DNA of 64,000 bases from Candidatus Zixiibacteriota bacterium. GTDB lineage: Bacteria; Zixibacteria; MSB-5A5; GN15; JAAZOE01. Under the pieces are notes generated by a model. That model was not told where the DNA came from, did no database searches, and saw nothing but the letters and a program-made list of their open reading frames with translations. The stretch is taken from NCBI GenBank assembly GCA_043819555.1, contig JBDREQ010000003.1:32001-96000 (forward strand), read 5' to 3'. Shown here one piece after another: positions 59,118 to 64,000 of the stretch (within the stretch, counting starts at the first letter, position 1; every line of letters starts with the position of its first letter). The position numbers and the translations under genes were made by a program.

Positions 59118-62100
59118 TTAGTTATTTGCCGGCGCCAAATATGCTCTTCCACCGCCAAGAAGCTCTTTGATTTTATCGACCATTTCGCCTTCCAGGCTTA
59201 CCTGCAAGTTGCGGGGTTTAATCTGCAATTCCTCACCGTTGTGGCGCGTCAAAATTATTACCTCATTTTTACCGCGATGAGATTCTAATATCGGCCAAAT
59301 CGCGTCTATTTTGGAAAGATCCCGAGTATCCAAATTCAGTACCAGGCGGCAATGGTAATAATCACTTAAGTCCTTAAGCGGTACGATATTGGATACGATC
59401 AATTTGGCCGCCTGGCCCTCCCGGGTCGAAACTCTGCCCGAGGCCAGCACAATCCCATCAACCTTAACAAAGCTTTTTGCCTTTTCATAACAGTCAGAAA
59501 AGACGATAAGTTCCATACTTCCCGCAAAATCCTCGATGGTGACGAAGGCCATTTGATTGCCGCGCTTATCGAGCATAACCTTGATATTCTGAATTATTCC
59601 CCCAATACGAACTTCCCGGCCATCATCCTGAGAACCTATTTCACTTGAATTAAGCCCAGCGAATCTCTTTATCTCGTTTCGGTAGCGCATCAGAGGGTGG
59701 CCGGAAACATAAAATCCCAACATCTCTTTTTCTTTGCCCAGCCGTGCGGAAACCGGCCAATCATCGATAGCCGGTAATTCCGGAGCACGCCGAGTGGCAT
59801 CTTCTTTGCCTCCCCCAAACATATCCACGGTGTAAGATTTTTCCTGGATAGTCTGACCGTAGGATATCATTTGTTCCATAACCTCAGTCATGGCGGCACG
59901 ATTATCATAAAGAGAATCAAATGCTCCTGCGGCAATCATTGATTCCAATGCCCGGCGATTAAGAGCATGCAAATCGACGCGGGAGACAAAATCGGCCATC
60001 GAACTGAATTTGCCGCCCTTTTCCCGAGCTTTGATGATTTGTTCAACCGGCCCGGATCCAACGTTTTTGATAGCCATCAACCCAAAAAGAATCTTATTTT
60101 CAGAGACGGTGAATGAACCCAATGACTCGTTTACATCGGGTGGAGTCACTTCAATACCCATCCTGCGGCATTCATCCATGAAAGCCACAACCCGGTCGGA
60201 ATCACCCATTTCCGAAGACATAACGGCGGCCATGAATTCATGAGGATAATGAACTTTGAGCCAGGCCGTTTGGTAGGCAACAATGGCGTAGCAGGTTGAA
60301 TGAGCGCGGTTAAAACCGTATCGGGCAAAAGTTTCAATCAGGTCAAAAATTCTCTCGGCAACATTTTTTTCAACTTTATTGTCAATTGCGCCGTTAATAA
60401 ATCGGGTTTTTTGTTCCTGCATTATCGCGACATCTTTTTTGCCCATCGCTTTGCGCAATAAATCGGCCTGGCCAAGGCTATATCCGGCCATCTTGTTGGC
60501 AATTTGGAGGACCTGCTCCTGAAAGACAATAACACCGTAGGTATCCTTGAGAATTTTCTCGAGCATGGGATGGTCATAGGCAATTTTTTCTTCTCCATGC
60601 TTGCGTTTGATATAAATATCGATCATGCCGGAATCGAGAGGCCCGGGACGATAGAGAGCGTTCATCGCGATCAGATCGGTTAAAACGGTCGGTTTCAGTT
60701 TTTTTAGATAATCGCGCATCCCGGCCGATTCAAATTGGAAAACGCCGATGGTCTGGCCTTTGCCAAAAATATCATAAACTTCATTAACATTCAGATCGAT
60801 ATTATCGAGATCGATTTGATTATTGTGATTGGCGGCTATCATTGTTTTCGCATCATCAATAACTGTCAGGGTTCTCAAGCCCAGAAAATCCATTTTCAAA
60901 AGGCCGATCATCTCAATGTTTTTCATTGAATACTGGGTTGTGACCTCGCCTTTGGATCCTTTGAAGAGCGGTACATAATCAGTCAAGTTTGCGGGAGCAA
61001 TGACAACTCCGGCGGCGTGAGTCGAAGCATGCCGGCACAGACCCTCCAGTGTTTTAGATAACTGAATCAATTTCCCGATTCGCTGGTCTTCAGTGACCAG
61101 TTTTTTAAGATCAGGATTCTGCTTGAGGGCTTTTTCAAGAGTCATATCCGGAGCCGCGGGGATCATTTTGGCGATCTTATCGACTTCGGCATAAGGCATG
61201 TTCAGCACTCGTCCAACATCGCGAACGACGGCACGGGCGGCCATAGTACCGAAGGTAATAATCTGCGTGACGTTATCGGACCCGTATTTTTTCTGAACAT
61301 ACTCAATAATTTTATCGCGATACCGGTCGGCAAAATCAATATCAATATCCGGCATTGATATTCGTTCCGGATTTAAAAATCTCTCAAAAAGCAATTCGTA
61401 TTTTATAGGATCAACATTGGTTATACCAAGGCTGTATGAAACCAGCGAACCAGCCGCTGATCCGCGTCCGGGCCCAACGGCAATACCGTTATCACGGGCG
61501 TACTGGACAAAATCCATTGTGATCAGGAAATATCCCGCCCAGCCAAGCTGGCTGATTACACCCAGTTCGAAAATCAGACGCTCTTCCAACTCAGGTGTTA
61601 TTTCAGGATAAAGCTTTGCCAGACCTTCGCGGCATAGACCTTCCATATATTCATCCGGGGTTTTGTCTTTAACAGGAATTGGAAAAGTGGGGAGCAGCAG
61701 TTTGCCGAATTCTATTTCAAGATTACATTTTTCGGCAATTTTAATGGTATTCTCGATCGCGGCTGGATAGTCAGAAAATAATTCCTGCATTTCCTCGGCC
61801 GATTTGAAATATATTTGATCGGTATCATAGCGCATTCGATCTGTATCGGAGACCAGTTTTCCGGTTTGGATGCATAATAAGGCATCGTGCGCTTCGGCGT
61901 CTTCACGGTTAATATAGTGGCTGTCATTTGTCGCCACGAGAGGCAACCCCAGCTTTGAAGCAAGATCAATTAACTTTGGTCTGACATCGTTTTCCACCGC
62001 CAAATTGTGGTTCTGTATCTCAATAAAGAAATCTTCGCCGTCGAATAGTTCTGCGTAGAATCGGGCGGCTTCTTCGGCTTTATCCTGATCATTGCGGCTG

Positions 62101-62552
62101 AGCCAGTATGGTATTTCTCCCTTAAGACAGGCTGACAACGCGATCAATCCTTTACTATGTTCCGATAATAATTCGCGGTCAATGCGGGGGCGGTGATAAA
62201 ATCCCTCACGGTAAGACGACGACGAAAGTTTCATCAGGCTCTTGTAACCGACTTGATTTTTGGCCAGAAGGACCATATGGAAACCGCCATCAGGATATCC
62301 GGGAACCCGCTTGTGGTCGAGCCTGGAAGTTCCGGCAACGTAGGCCTCAATTCCAATAATGGGCTTAATTCCGGCTTTCCTGACGGCTCTGTAAAATTCG
62401 ATGGCGCCGAACATATTACCGTGATCAGTTATGGCCATAGCCGGCATTTTGAATTTTCCGGCCGCGGTAATCAGATCGGAGATACGACTGGCTCCGTCAA
62501 GGAGAGAGTATTGGGTATGATTGTGGAGGTGGACAAATCCGCTGTATTTCAT
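59118..62552 (-). CDS. dnaE: DNA polymerase III alpha subunit
   Basis: FVHLHNHT.YS.LDG; GPGRGSAAGS; MPDIDIDF; OB fold. Confidence 0.98.
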   Translation of the reverse strand: MKYSGFVHLHNHTQYSLLDGASRISDLITAAGKFKMPAMAITDHGNMFGAIEFYRAVRKAGIKPIIGIEAYVAGTSRLDHKRVPGYPDGGFHMVLLAKNQVGYKSLMKLSSSSYREGFYHRPRIDRELLSEHSKGLIALSACLKGEIPYWLSRNDQDKAEEAARFYAELFDGEDFFIEIQNHNLAVENDVRPKLIDLASKLGLPLVATNDSHYINREDAEAHDALLCIQTGKLVSDTDRMRYDTDQIYFKSAEEMQELFSDYPAAIENTIKIAEKCNLEIEFGKLLLPTFPIPVKDKTPDEYMEGLCREGLAKLYPEITPELEERLIFELGVISQLGWAGYFLITMDFVQYARDNGIAVGPGRGSAAGSLVSYSLGITNVDPIKYELLFERFLNPERISMPDIDIDFADRYRDKIIEYVQKKYGSDNVTQIITFGTMAARAVVRDVGRVLNMPYAEVDKIAKMIPAAPDMTLEKALKQNPDLKKLVTEDQRIGKLIQLSKTLEGLCRHASTHAAGVVIAPANLTDYVPLFKGSKGEVTTQYSMKNIEMIGLLKMDFLGLRTLTVIDDAKTMIAANHNNQIDLDNIDLNVNEVYDIFGKGQTIGVFQFESAGMRDYLKKLKPTVLTDLIAMNALYRPGPLDSGMIDIYIKRKHGEEKIAYDHPMLEKILKDTYGVIVFQEQVLQIANKMAGYSLGQADLLRKAMGKKDVAIMQEQKTRFINGAIDNKVEKNVAERIFDLIETFARYGFNRAHSTCYAIVAYQTAWLKVHYPHEFMAAVMSSEMGDSDRVVAFMDECRRMGIEVTPPDVNESLGSFTVSENKILFGLMAIKNVGSGPVEQIIKAREKGGKFSSMADFVSRVDLHALNRRALESMIAAGAFDSLYDNRAAMTEVMEQMISYGQTIQEKSYTVDMFGGGKEDATRRAPELPAIDDWPVSARLGKEKEMLGFYVSGHPLMRYRNEIKRFAGLNSSEIGSQDDGREVRIGGIIQNIKVMLDKRGNQMAFVTIEDFAGSMELIVFSDCYEKAKSFVKVDGIVLASGRVSTREGQAAKLIVSNIVPLKDLSDYYHCRLVLNLDTRDLSKIDAIWPILESHRGKNEVIILTRHNGEELQIKPRNLQVSLEGEMVDKIKELLGGGRAYLAPANN

Positions 62553-62640
62553 GTTCAAAAACTCAAGTTAAGGGTTCTGAGGATATGGTAACAGAGTAAT
62601 CGCTTCGTTCAAAGATAAATATTGAAAAAGATAAAATTTC

Positions 62641-64000
62641 CTATTTTCGTGATGCTTTTTTACCTCGTGCAAGGATAATATCATCCGGGTCAAAGCGGAC
62701 ATTTTTGATTTTATTGGGGAATGGCCCCAGTTCAAATGAGTGATTTTGACCGACTCCGTCAACACGGAACAGCTGTCGTTGACCGTTATCATACTCAATC
62801 TCAATAGGATACGGCGTTGAAAACGATTTGTCGACATCGGATACGGAAATCTCAAAGCCAAGTTTATCTCGGCCTTTCTCATCTTTTAAAACCTGATATA
62901 TACTGGTGAAACTGGGCACTCTCCATTCGTAGAGCCACTGGCCAAAAAACTCCATTGCACGCTTTTCGCCCATCGCCCGTGCCGCGACCAGAATAAATTC
63001 GTTGCTCGTCACCCGCTGTCCCTGATATTTACGATTGAATTCCCCGAGCATATTGAGAAAAAAATCAGTCTTGTAATCGGGGCCGTCAATTTCAAAATGA
63101 AGCATACGCAGCATATAGGCCGCCTTGGCATAGATGAGAGCGATATAATCTCCGGGAGAATATGATTGCACAAAACGGCCTCCCAATGCAATCGGCCCCG
63201 CTTTGTATCCTCTGGAATATAAATTTCCGATTTTTCCTTCCTCGATTATTTGCCTTTTCCATTCGTCGACTATTTCCCGGCAGTAGATAGAATTATGTTT
63301 TATCTTCCAAAGATATAAAAACGAGGAATATTCTGCGATGCCTTCCGCCAGCCATGCATCGCGATAAGTTTTGGGGGTGACGGAATGTCCCCACCATTCA
63401 TGCGCGACCTCGTGAGCAATGAGATTTGTCAAATCTTTCATTTTCAAATATGAATAACCGGGGAAGTGAATTAATCCCGGGCTGCTTATACCGGCGAAAT
63501 AAGGCTGGTCAACTACGCGAAGTTCTATAGTTTGAGATTTTCCAAACCAAAATTCAAATGCGCCGAAAGAAGCGATGATATCGGAAAGTACAAAACGCGG
63601 AATATCCTGATTAAATATTCCGATATTATTCTGGGGTTCCACATATAAAGTGATTGGTATGGCTAAACTGGAATCGCAGTAAATGTCATATTTCCCTGAC
63701 GCAAAACTAATATACGAGATGAGATTATGGCTATGATACGTTATCATCCTGATATCACCATCAATCGCTTCCGATATTTTTTCCCCAACCGAATTTAGAG
63801 TCAGGTCTTTATGCAACGTATAATTGATGATAAAATAAGAGAGATTTGGGCGGGGTGTATGTGGAAACCATACCGCAATTGACTCGCGATAATCATATCC
63901 CTCATAACGCGCCGCGACAAATTTGCCCCGATAATAAACTGTAATAAAATCACTACCCACATCTGGTTTTTCTCTTTGGGATACATATAGATTCGTTCGG
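62641..64000 (-). CDS. M1 family aminopeptidase-like protein; 5' end lies outside the window
   Basis: AHEVAHEWWG...WLAEG.AEY (HExxH-x18-E); Y.KAA; frame open to the window edge. Confidence 0.88.
   Translation of the reverse strand, partial: RTNLYVSQREKPDVGSDFITVYYRGKFVAARYEGYDYRESIAVWFPHTPRPNLSYFIINYTLHKDLTLNSVGEKISEAIDGDIRMITYHSHNLISYISFASGKYDIYCDSSLAIPITLYVEPQNNIGIFNQDIPRFVLSDIIASFGAFEFWFGKSQTIELRVVDQPYFAGISSPGLIHFPGYSYLKMKDLTNLIAHEVAHEWWGHSVTPKTYRDAWLAEGIAEYSSFLYLWKIKHNSIYCREIVDEWKRQIIEEGKIGNLYSRGYKAGPIALGGRFVQSYSPGDYIALIYAKAAYMLRMLHFEIDGPDYKTDFFLNMLGEFNRKYQGQRVTSNEFILVAARAMGEKRAMEFFGQWLYEWRVPSFTSIYQVLKDEKGRDKLGFEISVSDVDKSFSTPYPIEIEYDNGQRQLFRVDGVGQNHSFELGPFPNKIKNVRFDPDDIILARGKKASRK

Noticed and set aside
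59118..62552. Intein in dnaE
   Set aside because: Normal length and no intein splicing motifs seen

Overview
Bacterial chromosomal window. The C-terminal dockerin-like tag on a secreted protease suggests a Zixibacteria-like FCB-group organism (inference). Left to right: a complete 14-subunit complex I operon (nuoA-N) with a small glutaredoxin-like gene inserted between nuoM and nuoN; an S8 protease; purF; a HisKA-only protein; tandem paralogs; adaA/ogt; an AT-rich islet; comM; a heme-binding lipoprotein; a NUDIX hydrolase; an AbfD/HpaB-family enzyme; a REP-associated tyrosine transposase with flanking REPs; tRNA-Ile2 and tRNA-Val; guaB; rnpB; recJ; a B12 acyl-CoA mutase/MeaB/ACAD/carboxylase/epimerase cluster; dCMP deaminase; secDF; an M16 peptidase; a MarR operon; two thioredoxin-fold genes; dnaE; and a partial M1 peptidase. 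Top finding: the glutaredoxin inside the complex I operon ends TGA-GGG-TTT-TAA and is followed by a SECIS-like element in the E. coli fdhF register, so it is probably a U-x-x-stop selenoprotein built into the nuo operon. Also notable: the mutase has isobutyryl-CoA mutase residues, one REP is nested inside another, the AbfD homolog lacks its canonical catalytic residues, and two genes are truncated head-to-head at one junction.
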